DNA of 64,000 bases from positions 8,347 through 72,346 of the forward strand of contig CAWFLF010000013.1 in NCBI GenBank assembly GCA_963816605.1, read 5' to 3'. Below the pieces are notes generated by a model. That model was given only the letters and a program-made list of their open reading frames with translations, was not told where the DNA came from and did no database searches. A program made the translations under genes and the position numbers. Source of the stretch: an uncultured Actinomycetes bacterium (GTDB taxonomy: Bacteria > Actinomycetota > Thermoleophilia > Gaiellales > Gaiellaceae). This document shows positions 18,738 through 27,659 of this stretch, piece after piece (the stretch's first letter is position 1; each line of letters opens with the position of its first letter).

Positions 18738-19486
18738 GCTTGAGCGATGCCGATGCCTATGACCGGTTCATGGGCCGCTACTCGAGGCCGCTGGCGGTGC
18801 CGTTCGCCGATTTCGCCGGAGTCCCGCTCGACGGCCGGGTCCTCGACGTCGGATGCGGCCCCGGTGCGTTGACCGCGGAGCTCGCCCGGAGGGCCAGGCC
18901 GGGACGGGTCACGGCGGTCGACCCGTCCGAGGAATTCGTCGCTGCCCTACGCGACCGCCATCCCGGAGTTCAGGTCATCCGCGCGCCGGCTGAGGATCTG
19001 CCGTTCGAAGGAGGCTGCTTCGATGCGACGCTGGCCCAGCTCGTGGTCAACGTCATGGACGATCCGGTCGCAGGCCTCCGCGAGATGGCGAGGGTGACGC
19101 GGGACGGCGGCGTCGTCGCCGCATGCGTGTGGGACTTCACCGACGGCGGCCCGATCGGTCCGTTCTGGGATGCTGCCCAAGCGCTCGATCCTGAGGCCGA
19201 GACTGGGTCTGTCTGCCCCGGCAGCAGGGCCGGCCATCTGGCCGACCTCTTTCGCGCGGCTGGAATCGGCGACATCGTCGACAGCGCCGTTGCAGTGGAC
19301 ATCGAGCACGCCACGTTCGAGGACTGGTGGGAGCCGTTCACGCTCGGCGTCGCCCCGTCTGGTGCGCACGTCGCCGGCCTCGAGCCCGATCGCCGCACGG
19401 CATTGCGCGAGCTCTGCAGGGAGAGGCTGCCGGAGCCACCGTTCGTAGTTTCGGCGAAGGCCTGGGTGGCGCGTGGCGCGGCTTGA
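18734..19486 (+). CDS. Class I SAM-dependent methyltransferase
   Basis: VLDVGCGPGALT (motif I) and DATLAQLVVNVMDDP. GTGA overlap with the upstream gene. Confidence 0.85.
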   Translation: MSLSDADAYDRFMGRYSRPLAVPFADFAGVPLDGRVLDVGCGPGALTAELARRARPGRVTAVDPSEEFVAALRDRHPGVQVIRAPAEDLPFEGGCFDATLAQLVVNVMDDPVAGLREMARVTRDGGVVAACVWDFTDGGPIGPFWDAAQALDPEAETGSVCPGSRAGHLADLFRAAGIGDIVDSAVAVDIEHATFEDWWEPFTLGVAPSGAHVAGLEPDRRTALRELCRERLPEPPFVVSAKAWVARGAA

Positions 19487-19492
19487 CGCCTA

Positions 19493-19951
19493 CTAGTGGG
19501 GCAGCCAGGCGTCGGGGTTCGACGTCAGCTCCTCTACCGACAGAGGCAGGTCGCCGTTGGCCAGGTCCGCGATCGTGACCTGCTCCAGCACGGCGCGCAG
19601 GTTTGCGCGGACTGCGATCCAGACGTCGCGTAGACGTTCCGCCGAACCTGCGTACTCGACCTGCTCCGGACCGACACCGCGCACGTTGGCAATCGGTCCC
19701 TCGACACTGCGAATCACCTCGGCAATGGTGATCTCGTCAGCTGCGCGACCGAGCCAGTAGCCGCCGTCCACACCGCGCTGGCTGCGGACGAGGCCGGCGT
19801 GCCGGAGATCGCCGAGGATGTTCTCCAGGAACTTGAGCGGGATCTCCTGCGCCTGTGCGATGCGCTCGCCCTTGACCGGACGGTCAGTGTCGAGGACGGC
19901 GAGCTCGATCATCGCCCGTAACGCGTAGTCCGCCTTGGCCGAAACACGCAT
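19493..19951 (-). CDS. Rrf2-family transcriptional regulator
   Basis: MRVSAKADYALRAMIELA...IPLKFLENILGDLRHAGLVRSQRGVDGGYWL. Confidence 0.9.
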   Translation of the reverse strand: MRVSAKADYALRAMIELAVLDTDRPVKGERIAQAQEIPLKFLENILGDLRHAGLVRSQRGVDGGYWLGRAADEITIAEVIRSVEGPIANVRGVGPEQVEYAGSAERLRDVWIAVRANLRAVLEQVTIADLANGDLPLSVEELTSNPDAWLPH

Positions 19952-20017
19952 GTCTGCATTGTGGCGGAAGGTGCGGCCGCGGCTCTCGATCGAGCCGCGG
20001 CCACAAAACGCCGTTCG

Positions 20018-20605
20018 CTAGCCGAAGATCGCGACGTAGAACGCGTGATCCGCGGGATTCCCGTCGCTGCCACGCGCCTGAATCATGATGCTGCTGGTGT
20101 TGTCCGAACTCGGGCAGGTCCTGCCCTCGGCGCCCCCGCCGCACGGACCGGCAGAGGTCGCACCTCGCTGGTCCGACGCGTCGGCCGCGTACGCAGGGGA
20201 AGCGAGAATCGGCTTGCCGGTCACGGCGCTGCCGATACTGAGGATGTAAGTCCCTGCGCTGGGCTTTGCTGCGAGCGTGATGCCTCCGGACTGTGCGGCG
20301 ATGCCGCCGTCAGCCCTGACCAGCGCCCACTTGACCCCGGCGCTGCCAGCGCCACCTGCAGGCCCTGCCGGTCCGGCCGGTCCCGCAGGTCCTGCCGGTC
20401 CCGCAGGCCCGGCGGGACCGCGTGGGAGCTGGCCTGACTTGAAGTCCCTGGCCAGCAGAGAGCGGTCCTTCACCTGGATCGACGTGACACTGTTGCGCGG
20501 CAGCGCCTGACTTGCCGCGTATCCCGTCCCGCCGAGCGCAATCATCAGCGCCAGCGAGGCAACGACCATCGCGGGCGACGGCCTGAACCTCTTGAGCACA
20601 CGCAT
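20018..20605 (-). CDS. Secreted protein with a short collagen-like Gly-X-Y run and a globular C-terminal domain
   Basis: Signal/TM segment PAMVVASLALMIALGGTGYAA, then (GPA)x7-GGA-GSA at aa 63-89. Confidence 0.7.
   Translation of the reverse strand: MRVLKRFRPSPAMVVASLALMIALGGTGYAASQALPRNSVTSIQVKDRSLLARDFKSGQLPRGPAGPAGPAGPAGPAGPAGPAGGAGSAGVKWALVRADGGIAAQSGGITLAAKPSAGTYILSIGSAVTGKPILASPAYAADASDQRGATSAGPCGGGAEGRTCPSSDNTSSIMIQARGSDGNPADHAFYVAIFG
20339..20419 (-). repeat. In-frame 9-bp tandem repeat encoding (Gly-Pro-Ala)7-GGA-GSA
   Basis: Coordinates derived from aa 63-89 of ORF 20018-20605. The plus strand reads ...cctgccggtccggccggtcccgcaggtcctgccggtcccgcaggc... Confidence 0.85.
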
Positions 20606-20714
20606 CGATTCCCCCTCACAGTTGTTGTCTGGGCGTTTTCGAGCTTCCTACCCTAGGAAACCGCTCTTTAGAGCCGTGTAAAGGCCGCTCGAACCGTCCC
20701 AAATGCCGCTAACA

Positions 20715-20758
20715 GCGCTTAATCCGTGCTTAACGGAGCACAACGTGGCCTTAAGCGC
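20715..20758 (+). promoter_or_regulatory. Nested inverted repeat GCGCTTAA-N28-TTAAGCGC (inner GTGCT-N6-AGCAC) in the leader of the HtrA-like gene
   Basis: Read directly. It ends 17 nt upstream of ATG 20776. Confidence 0.4.
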
Positions 20759-20775
20759 GCCGCCGGTACAAACGA

Positions 20776-21963
20776 ATGGTGCATCGCACCCTCCACCTCC
20801 GGGGCCGCGCCGCGGGGCTCTTCGTCGCTGCTCTGCTGGGCGGCGGCGTTGCGCTCGGCGGCGCGGCCGCGTTGGGCAAGCTCGGTGAGCACACGACTGT
20901 GATCCGCGAGGAGGCAGTCCCGAGCTCGGCGGCTCCGGTGCTCTTCCAACCCGGCAAAGGGATGTCGATCAATGAGATCTACCGCGCGTCGGCGCCGGCG
21001 GTGGTGCACATCGAAACGACGACGCGCGTCCAGCAGCCTTCCGACTTCTTCGGGAACCCGTTCGGCACGACTCAGACGCAGCGTGCGCTCGGGTCCGGCT
21101 TCGTCATCGACAAGGCCGGCCACATCGTCACGAACTACCACGTGGTTCGCGGCGCGAACGCGATTCAGGTGAGCTTCTCGAACAACGAGCACTTCAAGGC
21201 GAAGCTGATCGGAGTCGATCCGTCGACCGACAGCGCCGTGCTGCAGGTTCACGTCAAGTCGCGCGCGCTCAAGTCGCTGCCGCTCGGCAACTCGGAGTCG
21301 GTGCGCGTCGGGGACCAGGTGATCGCGATCGGCAATCCCTTCGGTCTCGACCGCTCCGTCACCGCAGGGATCGTGAGCGCCGTGCAGCGCCGGATCGAGG
21401 CGCCGAATCAGCTCTCGATCTCACATGTCATCCAGACCGATGCTGCGCTCAACCACGGCAACTCTGGCGGCCCGCTGCTGAACGCGCAGGGACAGGTGAT
21501 CGGCATCAATGCGCAGATCGAGACCGGAGGCCAGAGCCAGGGCAACGTCGGCATCGGCTTCGCGATCCCGATCAACACCGTCAAGGACGTTGCCGCCGAG
21601 CTGATCAAGCACGGCAAGGTGGAGCATCCGTTCCTCGGGATCGAGGGCAAGACGCTCCAGCCGAACATCGCGCGGCTGTTTCACCTGCCGGTCACGAGCG
21701 GCGTGCTCGTCGCGTCCGTCCGACCCGGAACCGGAGCTGCGAAGGCGGGCGTGAAGCCCTCGACGAGCCAGGTGACGGTCGAAGGGGAGAGCTGGCCCGC
21801 GGGCGGCGACGTGATCGTCAGTGTCGACGGACAGGCGGTGCCGTCCGTCGAGCGCCTCGTCGACTTGATCGCAGCGAAGAAGCCGGGGGACAAGATCGAC
21901 CTCGTGGTCGTCCGCGGCAACAGCCGGACTCACCTCGACATAAAACTCGGGCGGCAACCATGA
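20776..21963 (+). CDS. HtrA/DegP-like S1C serine protease with a PDZ domain
   Basis: N-terminal TM segment, GSGFVIDKAGHIVTNYHVV (His), DSAVLQV (Asp), NHGNSGGPLLN (Ser), and a C-terminal PDZ-like GVLVASVRPGTGAAKAGVK. Confidence 0.9.
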   Translation: MVHRTLHLRGRAAGLFVAALLGGGVALGGAAALGKLGEHTTVIREEAVPSSAAPVLFQPGKGMSINEIYRASAPAVVHIETTTRVQQPSDFFGNPFGTTQTQRALGSGFVIDKAGHIVTNYHVVRGANAIQVSFSNNEHFKAKLIGVDPSTDSAVLQVHVKSRALKSLPLGNSESVRVGDQVIAIGNPFGLDRSVTAGIVSAVQRRIEAPNQLSISHVIQTDAALNHGNSGGPLLNAQGQVIGINAQIETGGQSQGNVGIGFAIPINTVKDVAAELIKHGKVEHPFLGIEGKTLQPNIARLFHLPVTSGVLVASVRPGTGAAKAGVKPSTSQVTVEGESWPAGGDVIVSVDGQAVPSVERLVDLIAAKKPGDKIDLVVVRGNSRTHLDIKLGRQP

Positions 21964-22040
21964 CGCGCCCAGACTGGCCCCGAACCCCTGGGGGCCTGCT
22001 TCCGCCGGAGCCGTAGGCCAGCACGGCGCGCGGAGGCACA

Positions 22041-22078
22041 GAGCGAGGGGCCCGCACGCCTGCCAGGGCCCCTCGCTC
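22041..22078. terminator. 13-bp perfect GC-rich hairpin between convergent genes (likely terminator)
   Basis: GAGCGAGGGGCCC-12 nt-GGGCCCCTCGCTC followed by TCATCCTTCTG on the plus strand. Confidence 0.6.
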
Positions 22079-22123
22079 TCATCCTTCTGCCGTGCCTGGG
22101 TTTAGCCTGGCTCGGCCGTACAT

Positions 22124-23506
22124 TCAGCTCTTCGGGACGTTCGTGTGTGAGACGAGCGCTTTCTCAGCAGCAGCCTTGAGACCCTCGCTGTAGCTCGGAT
22201 AGACGTGGTGCATGAACGCGAGGTCGTCCACGGTCAAGCCGAGCTTCAGAGCAGGGGTGATGCTCCCGACGATGTCGCTCGCCGCGCGCGAGACCACGTG
22301 CACGCCGAGCACTCGTCGCGTCTTCTGGTCGAAGACGATCTTGTAGAGGCCGTGTTTCGTATGCGTGTACTGCGCGCGGGTGACCGACGCCAGCGGATGC
22401 TTGACGACACCGACATCGTGGCCCTGCTCGAGGGCCTCGGCCTCCGTCAGCCCGACATCGCCCAGCTCGGGATCCGTGAAGATCGCTGTTGGGAGCGCCG
22501 AGTAGTCAACACGCCGGGAGCCGTCGCCGAACATGTCCTCGACGGCGATGCGGGCCTGGTACTGCGCGATCGGGGTGAGCATCGGGCCGGCCGCGACGTC
22601 GCCTGCCGCCCAGACACCGTCGACGTTAGTGCGCTGACGGTCGTCGACCGGGATGCCGCCGCGGCCGACTGTCAGGCCGACGCGGTCGAGCTCGAGCTCC
22701 TCGACGTTCGGCAGGCGGCCCGAGGCGAGCAGGACGTGCGAGACCACGAGCGTCTGCCCGCCGACTGACGCAGCGATGCCGTCGCTCCCGCGCGCAAAGG
22801 AGTCGACGCCGCTGTTGAGCACGATCTCGATTCCTTCTTCCTCGAGCGCGGCCTGCAGTTCGCCTGCTGCTTCCGCGTCTGCTCGTGCGGCGATCTGCGG
22901 ACCGCTGTTCACGACCGTCACGCGCGAGCCGAACCGCGCGAAGATCTGTGCGAATTCGAGGCCGACGGGACCTGCGCCGACGACGAGCAGCGACTCCGGC
23001 ACCTCTTCGAGCTCGAGCGCGCTGATGTGGTCCAGCCACTCGATGTCCTCGATGCCCGGAATCGGCGGAACCGCTGTGCGGCTGCCTGTGGCGATGAGGA
23101 TCCTGTCGCCGCTCAGCCGCTGGTCGCCGACGCTGACGCTCTGTGCATCCACGAACGCCGCCGTTCCGGGCACCACGCGGTAACCGGCTTCCTTCAAGAC
23201 CTGAGGCCAGCTCTGCTGGTCGCGGCGAAGCGAGTCCTTCCACTTCCGTGTCTGACCGAGTTCGATCGTCGGTTCGGGGAGGGCGATGCCGCGCTCCGCC
23301 GCGTGCCGGCGCACGTCGTGCATCAGCTCCGCCGCGACGACGTAGGCCTTCGTGGGGCGGCAGGCCACGTTGGGGCAGGAACCGCCCCACAGCCGATGCT
23401 CGATCAACGCGACGCGTGCGCCGTGCTCACGCACCGCCTTTCCAGCACCGTCTCGTGCCGCTGAGCCGGAGCCCAGCACGATCAGGTCGTAGCGCTCGGC
23501 ATTCAT
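22124..23506 (-). CDS. Class-I pyridine nucleotide-disulfide oxidoreductase (dihydrolipoyl dehydrogenase / mercuric reductase-like)
   Basis: DLIVLGSGSAA (FAD), redox-active CPNVAC in GGSCPNVACRPTK, VVGAGPVGLEFA (NAD), GDVAAGPMLTP, and a dimerisation domain. Confidence 0.85.
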   Translation of the reverse strand: MNAERYDLIVLGSGSAARDGAGKAVREHGARVALIEHRLWGGSCPNVACRPTKAYVVAAELMHDVRRHAAERGIALPEPTIELGQTRKWKDSLRRDQQSWPQVLKEAGYRVVPGTAAFVDAQSVSVGDQRLSGDRILIATGSRTAVPPIPGIEDIEWLDHISALELEEVPESLLVVGAGPVGLEFAQIFARFGSRVTVVNSGPQIAARADAEAAGELQAALEEEGIEIVLNSGVDSFARGSDGIAASVGGQTLVVSHVLLASGRLPNVEELELDRVGLTVGRGGIPVDDRQRTNVDGVWAAGDVAAGPMLTPIAQYQARIAVEDMFGDGSRRVDYSALPTAIFTDPELGDVGLTEAEALEQGHDVGVVKHPLASVTRAQYTHTKHGLYKIVFDQKTRRVLGVHVVSRAASDIVGSITPALKLGLTVDDLAFMHHVYPSYSEGLKAAAEKALVSHTNVPKS

Positions 23507-23624
23507 CAGGTCTCCTTCGTCGCTGGCGTAACTGTCGCGGGAGTCGGCGGTCTGTTACAAGAGCATGATGGAGCCCGCCGGCGCACCGCATGCGCGCCGA
23601 TGATTCGATCCGGAGGGAGGAGCC

Positions 23625-24230
23625 ATGCCGATCATCTCGCGAGGGTTCAGAGGGCGAAGGCGCGATGACGCGCCGCGCGACCGCGTTCCGCCCGGCCAGT
23701 ACGTCACGGACGACTTCCCGGTGCTCTCGGCCGGCCCGACGCCGCACACGCCGTTGGACGAGTGGGACTTCACGATCGTCGGCGAGGTCGACGAGGTGCA
23801 CCGCTGGAACTGGGACGAGTTGCGTGCGTTGCCAAGCGAGACGATCACGGTCGACATCAGCTGCGTCACGAAGTGGACGAAGCTCGACATGGTCTGGGAG
23901 GGCGTTCCGGTCGATGCGCTGTTCGAGGGGGTCGAGACGTCCGCGGAGTACGTGACGGCTTTCTGCGACGGCGGCTACACGACAAATCTGCCCTTGGCCG
24001 ACGTCACCGACGGCCAGGCGTGGATCGCATTCGCGTACGGAGGTGAGCCACTCGAGCCGGAACACGGCGGGCCGGCGCGACTCCTCGTGCCGCATCTCTA
24101 CTTCTGGAAGAGCGCCAAGTGGGTGCGCGGGCTCCGCCTCACCGCGACCGACGAGCCCGGCTTCTGGGAGTCGAACGGCTACCACATTTACGGAGACCCT
24201 TGGAAGGAACAGCGGTACTGGGGCGACTGA
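23625..24230 (+). CDS. Sulfite-oxidase-like / YedY(MsrP)-like molybdopterin oxidoreductase catalytic domain, apparently cytoplasmic
   Basis: PPGQYVTDDFPVLSAGPTP...DISCVTKWTKLD..WEGV...EPEHGGPARLLVPHLYFWKSAKWVRGL. No hydrophobic signal region. Confidence 0.75.
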   Translation: MPIISRGFRGRRRDDAPRDRVPPGQYVTDDFPVLSAGPTPHTPLDEWDFTIVGEVDEVHRWNWDELRALPSETITVDISCVTKWTKLDMVWEGVPVDALFEGVETSAEYVTAFCDGGYTTNLPLADVTDGQAWIAFAYGGEPLEPEHGGPARLLVPHLYFWKSAKWVRGLRLTATDEPGFWESNGYHIYGDPWKEQRYWGD

Positions 24231-24238
24231 ACTGGCTC

Positions 24239-24946
24239 GTGGCCGAGGTTGCGGATGTGCGGCCCGAGACCGATCGGGTCAAGACCCTCGGCCTGGACGT
24301 TTCAGGCTGGACCGGTCACCGGGCCGGCCAGCATGTCGACGTCCGTCTGACCGCCGACGACGGCTATCAGGCGCAGCGGAGCTATTCGATCGCCTCTTCG
24401 GCCGGCGGCTCTCGGGTGGAGCTGACGGTCGAGCTGATCGACGACGGCGAGGTCTCGCCGTATCTGACCGAGGAGGCGCAGATGGGAGACCGGTTCGAGC
24501 TGCGGGGGCCGATCGGCGGCTATTTCGTCTGGGATCCGAATCCGGGTGGTGCGGTGTTGCTCGTCGGCGGCGGGTCCGGCGTCGTCCCGCTGATGGCGAT
24601 GGTCCGCCAACGGGCGGCCGATGGAGATGAGGTTCCGACGAGACTGCTCTACTCGGAGAAATCCTGGGACGAGGTCATCTATCGCGACGAGCTCGAGCGA
24701 GCAGGGCAACGTGGTGACGGGTTCGAGCTCGTTTACACGCTCACGCGCCGGCAACCGCCGGGTTGGAAGGGCTACGACCGCCGTGTCGACCGCGAGCTCC
24801 TCGCGGAGGTCGCCCCCGACGAGCTCGCGCTGACGTTCGTGTGCGGCCCGACTCCATTCGTCGAAGCAGTGGCGGAGGCGCTCGTGGAGCTCGGGCACGA
24901 GCCCTCGCGGATCAAGACCGAGCGTTTCGGCCCGACAGGAGGATGA
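24239..24946 (+). CDS. FNR-like FAD/NAD(P)-binding reductase
   Basis: Track ORF 24119-24946 trimmed to GTG 24239. RSYSIAS (FAD), LLVGGGSGVVPLMAM (NAD). The start could instead be the CTG overlapping the upstream TGA. Confidence 0.75.
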   Translation: MAEVADVRPETDRVKTLGLDVSGWTGHRAGQHVDVRLTADDGYQAQRSYSIASSAGGSRVELTVELIDDGEVSPYLTEEAQMGDRFELRGPIGGYFVWDPNPGGAVLLVGGGSGVVPLMAMVRQRAADGDEVPTRLLYSEKSWDEVIYRDELERAGQRGDGFELVYTLTRRQPPGWKGYDRRVDRELLAEVAPDELALTFVCGPTPFVEAVAEALVELGHEPSRIKTERFGPTGG

Positions 24947-25206
24947 AGATGGAAGCACTGAGGCTCGACGGGAATGCAGTGGCGGGGCTTCTCCGCGAGG
25001 TGTTTGCGGCCGAGGCGACGACGGCGGTTGGAACCTGCGACGGCTGTGGTGCGGTTGAACCGGTCGGCGCGGTCCATGTCTACGTGGCGGCCGGAACAGT
25101 TCTGCGCTGCCCGCATTGCGATGCCGTCGTCATGAAGCTCGTCAAAGACGGCGAGCGCATCTGGATCGACTTGCGCGGCCTGCGCACGCTCGAGCTCGCC
25201 CCTTAG
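24943..25206 (+). CDS. DUF6510-like small zinc-ribbon protein
   Basis: Trimmed to Met61 of track ORF 24763-25206 (ATGA overlap). Contains LDGNAVAGLL...CDGCG...RCPHCD. Confidence 0.7.
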   Translation: MKMEALRLDGNAVAGLLREVFAAEATTAVGTCDGCGAVEPVGAVHVYVAAGTVLRCPHCDAVVMKLVKDGERIWIDLRGLRTLELAP

Positions 25207-25237
25207 ACGGCGCGACGACTGGCGATACAGTCGGTCG

Positions 25238-25858
25238 ATGGAGCAGCTCCTCTCGCCGCAGGACGCGAAGCTCGTCGAACGCCTCCGAGCGCGCGACGAG
25301 AACGCATTCATGGAGTTGATCCGAGAACTGAATCCGTCGCTCCTGCGCGTCGCGCGAATGTTCGTGCCGACCGCCGCGGTGGCGGAGGATGTCGTCCAGG
25401 AGACGTGGCTGGCGGTTCTGAACGGAATCGACCGCTTCGAAGGTCGATCCTCATTGAAGACGTGGATCTTCCGCATCCTCACCAACACCGCGAAGACACG
25501 CGGCGAGCGCGAGCGGCGATCGGTTCCGTTCTCGGCGCTCGACACTGAGGACGGCGGCTACGAGCCGGCAGTCGAACGCTCGCGCTTTACCGGCACGGGT
25601 CACTGGGCCGTCCTGCCACGAGCGTGGCCCGAGGACAAGCTCCTCGCCGGTGAGACGCTCTCGGTGATCGAACACGCGATCGAGCGGCTCCCCCAAACAC
25701 AACGGACCGTCATCACGTTGCGCGATGTCGAGGGGTGGACGGCAGACGAGGTCCGTAACGCTCTCGAGCTTTCCGAGACCAATCAACGCGTGTTGCTTCA
25801 CCGCGCTCGGACAAAGGTGAGGAACGCGCTCGAGCAGTACCTGTCGGAGGAGCAATGA
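25238..25858 (+). CDS. ECF-type RNA polymerase sigma factor
   Basis: Region 2 AEDVVQETWLAV...LKTWIFRILTN. Region 4 QRTVITLRDVEGWTADEVRNALELSETNQRVLLHRAR. Confidence 0.9.
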   Translation: MEQLLSPQDAKLVERLRARDENAFMELIRELNPSLLRVARMFVPTAAVAEDVVQETWLAVLNGIDRFEGRSSLKTWIFRILTNTAKTRGERERRSVPFSALDTEDGGYEPAVERSRFTGTGHWAVLPRAWPEDKLLAGETLSVIEHAIERLPQTQRTVITLRDVEGWTADEVRNALELSETNQRVLLHRARTKVRNALEQYLSEEQ

Positions 25859-26106
25859 GCATCGGTCTCGCCCATCTGAACTGCCGTGAGCTCGTCGAGC
25901 TCGTGACGGCCTACCTCGAGGGCGATCTGTCGTCGGGCGAGCGGAAGCGCTTCGACTCGCACCTCTCCGCGTGCGACGGCTGCACGATGTACGTCGAGCA
26001 AATGCGCCGCACCATCGAGCTGACCGGGACGCTGAGCGTGGACGACGTGACGCCGAAAGCGGAGGAGACGTTGCTCCGCGCGTTCCGCGACTGGAAGGGG
26101 CAGTAG
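25855..26106 (+). CDS. Soluble zinc-binding (ZAS, zf-HC2) anti-sigma factor
   Basis: 4-nt overlap with the sigma gene. HLSACDGC gives H-x3-C-x2-C. 83 aa with no TM segment. Confidence 0.8.
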   Translation: MSIGLAHLNCRELVELVTAYLEGDLSSGERKRFDSHLSACDGCTMYVEQMRRTIELTGTLSVDDVTPKAEETLLRAFRDWKGQ

Positions 26107-26117
26107 AAGGGGGCCGG

Positions 26118-26603
26118 GTGGGCGCGCAACGAGGCGCGCCCTGCACCTGGCCCGACTGCGGCTGCGGGACAGGCTGCCCGGACCCCGGTCCTAGAGTGCC
26201 CGAAGCGGAAGCCTGGCGCCCGACGGGTAGCCTGTTCGCGGTGGAGGAGGGGCGGATCGAGCCGGGCCAGGGGATGCTCGCTGACGCGGAGCTCATCTGG
26301 GAGGAAGAGCTCTGGAAAGACGACGAAGGCGGCGACCGCCGCGGCTGGTTCTGCGTGCGCACGAATCCGTTTCCCTGCCCGGCGTCAGGCTGCACGTTCG
26401 TGGCCGGTTTCATGACCGCCGCACACCTGATTCTCGTGTGGGAGCGGCCCGACGACCCGAATCTGCTTCACCATGCGCAGCGCGCGAAGGAGGTCGGACG
26501 CAATCCGCGCATCCAGGCGTACGACCGCTCCTACGGGCCCAGCGCGTCGTACTACGCGTGGGAAGCGGCCGGCGGCCCCGTCCACGGCGTCAGAGCGAGG
26601 TGA
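26118..26603 (+). CDS. Cys-rich hypothetical protein
   Basis: Part of track ORF 25971-26603 from GTG 26118, preceded by GAAGGGGG. Contains CTWPDCGCGTGC and FCVRTNPFPCPASGC. Its stop overlaps the next gene's GTG. An alternative Met start lies further in. Confidence 0.45.
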   Translation: MGAQRGAPCTWPDCGCGTGCPDPGPRVPEAEAWRPTGSLFAVEEGRIEPGQGMLADAELIWEEELWKDDEGGDRRGWFCVRTNPFPCPASGCTFVAGFMTAAHLILVWERPDDPNLLHHAQRAKEVGRNPRIQAYDRSYGPSASYYAWEAAGGPVHGVRAR

Positions 26604-27655
26604 TCGAGCAGCAGTTCGGCCGTTCGTTGACGGTCGGCGTCGAGGAGGAGCTCTGGATCGTCGACGCCGAGACGCTTCAGCTCGTGCCCGCGGTCCAGAC
26701 GCTTGTCTCCGGCGCGGAGGAGCGCAGCCTTCCCGGCACGATGAAGACCGAGCTGCACGCGTCCGTCGTCGAGTTGACGACTGACGTGAGCGACACGGCG
26801 GAGCAGGCGCTGGAGCGCCTGTCCGAGCTCCGACGAGCAGCGCGTGAGATCGCCGAGCAGAACGGGCTCGTCGTTGCGGCCGCGGGCTCGTATCCGACAA
26901 GCAATCCGTCCGAGCAGGAGATTGCGCCGGTCGAGCGTTACCGCGACTTCGTCAAGTACGCGGGCCCTTCGGCGCGTCGTCAGGGCGTCAGCGGCTTACA
27001 TGTCCACATCGGGATGCCCGACGCAGAGACCTGTTTCCGCGTCATGGAGACGATCCTGCCTTGGTTGCCGCTCGTGCTTGCTCTGTCCGCGAATTCTCCG
27101 TACTTCGAGGGGCGCGAGACCGGGATGCTCTCGATCCGCGCGGAAGTGCTGGGCCTCCTGCCGCGCAACGGCGCACCGCCGGCCTTCCGCGATTACGGGG
27201 AGTGGGAGCGTTTCATCGAGCGGATGGCGGCGACGGGTCTGGCGGCCGACTACACGAGCTTCTGGTGGGACGTGCGCCCGCATCCGCGCTTCGGAACGCT
27301 CGAGGTTCGGTCACCCGACCAGGCGACGTCGATCGAGTGCACCGGTTCTCTCGTCGCGCTGGTGCACGCACTCTGCGCCTGGGCGATCGAGTCACCACCG
27401 CGGCCCTTCGACCCCGGCGAGCGTGGCGTCTACGAGCAGAACCGTTGGGCCGCTTCGCGCTTCGGGCCGCACGGCCAGCTCATCCATCCCGATCGCGACG
27501 AAGCGCTTACAGTCGCGGCGCTCGCGCGCGAGCTGCCGGTTCCGCTGCACGGTCTCGATCCCGACGCATGTGAGGCCGACCGCCAGCTGCAGATCGGTCG
27601 CGCCGAAGGCCTGACTGCTGTCTGCGCGGATCTCGTCGAGCGGTCGGTAGCGTAG
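26600..27655 (+). CDS. Carboxylate-amine ligase, GCS2 / YbdK family (glutamate-cysteine ligase family 2)
   Basis: Trimmed to GTG 26600. LTVGVEEELWIVD, ELHASVVELTT, GLHVHIGMPD, ALSANSPY, WWDVRPHPRFGTLEVR. Confidence 0.85.
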   Translation: MIEQQFGRSLTVGVEEELWIVDAETLQLVPAVQTLVSGAEERSLPGTMKTELHASVVELTTDVSDTAEQALERLSELRRAAREIAEQNGLVVAAAGSYPTSNPSEQEIAPVERYRDFVKYAGPSARRQGVSGLHVHIGMPDAETCFRVMETILPWLPLVLALSANSPYFEGRETGMLSIRAEVLGLLPRNGAPPAFRDYGEWERFIERMAATGLAADYTSFWWDVRPHPRFGTLEVRSPDQATSIECTGSLVALVHALCAWAIESPPRPFDPGERGVYEQNRWAASRFGPHGQLIHPDRDEALTVAALARELPVPLHGLDPDACEADRQLQIGRAEGLTAVCADLVERSVA

Positions 27656-27659
27656 GGCC

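Noticed and set aside
20339-20419. The 9-bp tandem DNA repeat considered as a CRISPR array or a non-coding VNTR.
   Set aside because: The unit is far too short and has no spacers. It is in frame inside a signal-peptide-bearing ORF and encodes Gly-Pro-Ala triplets.
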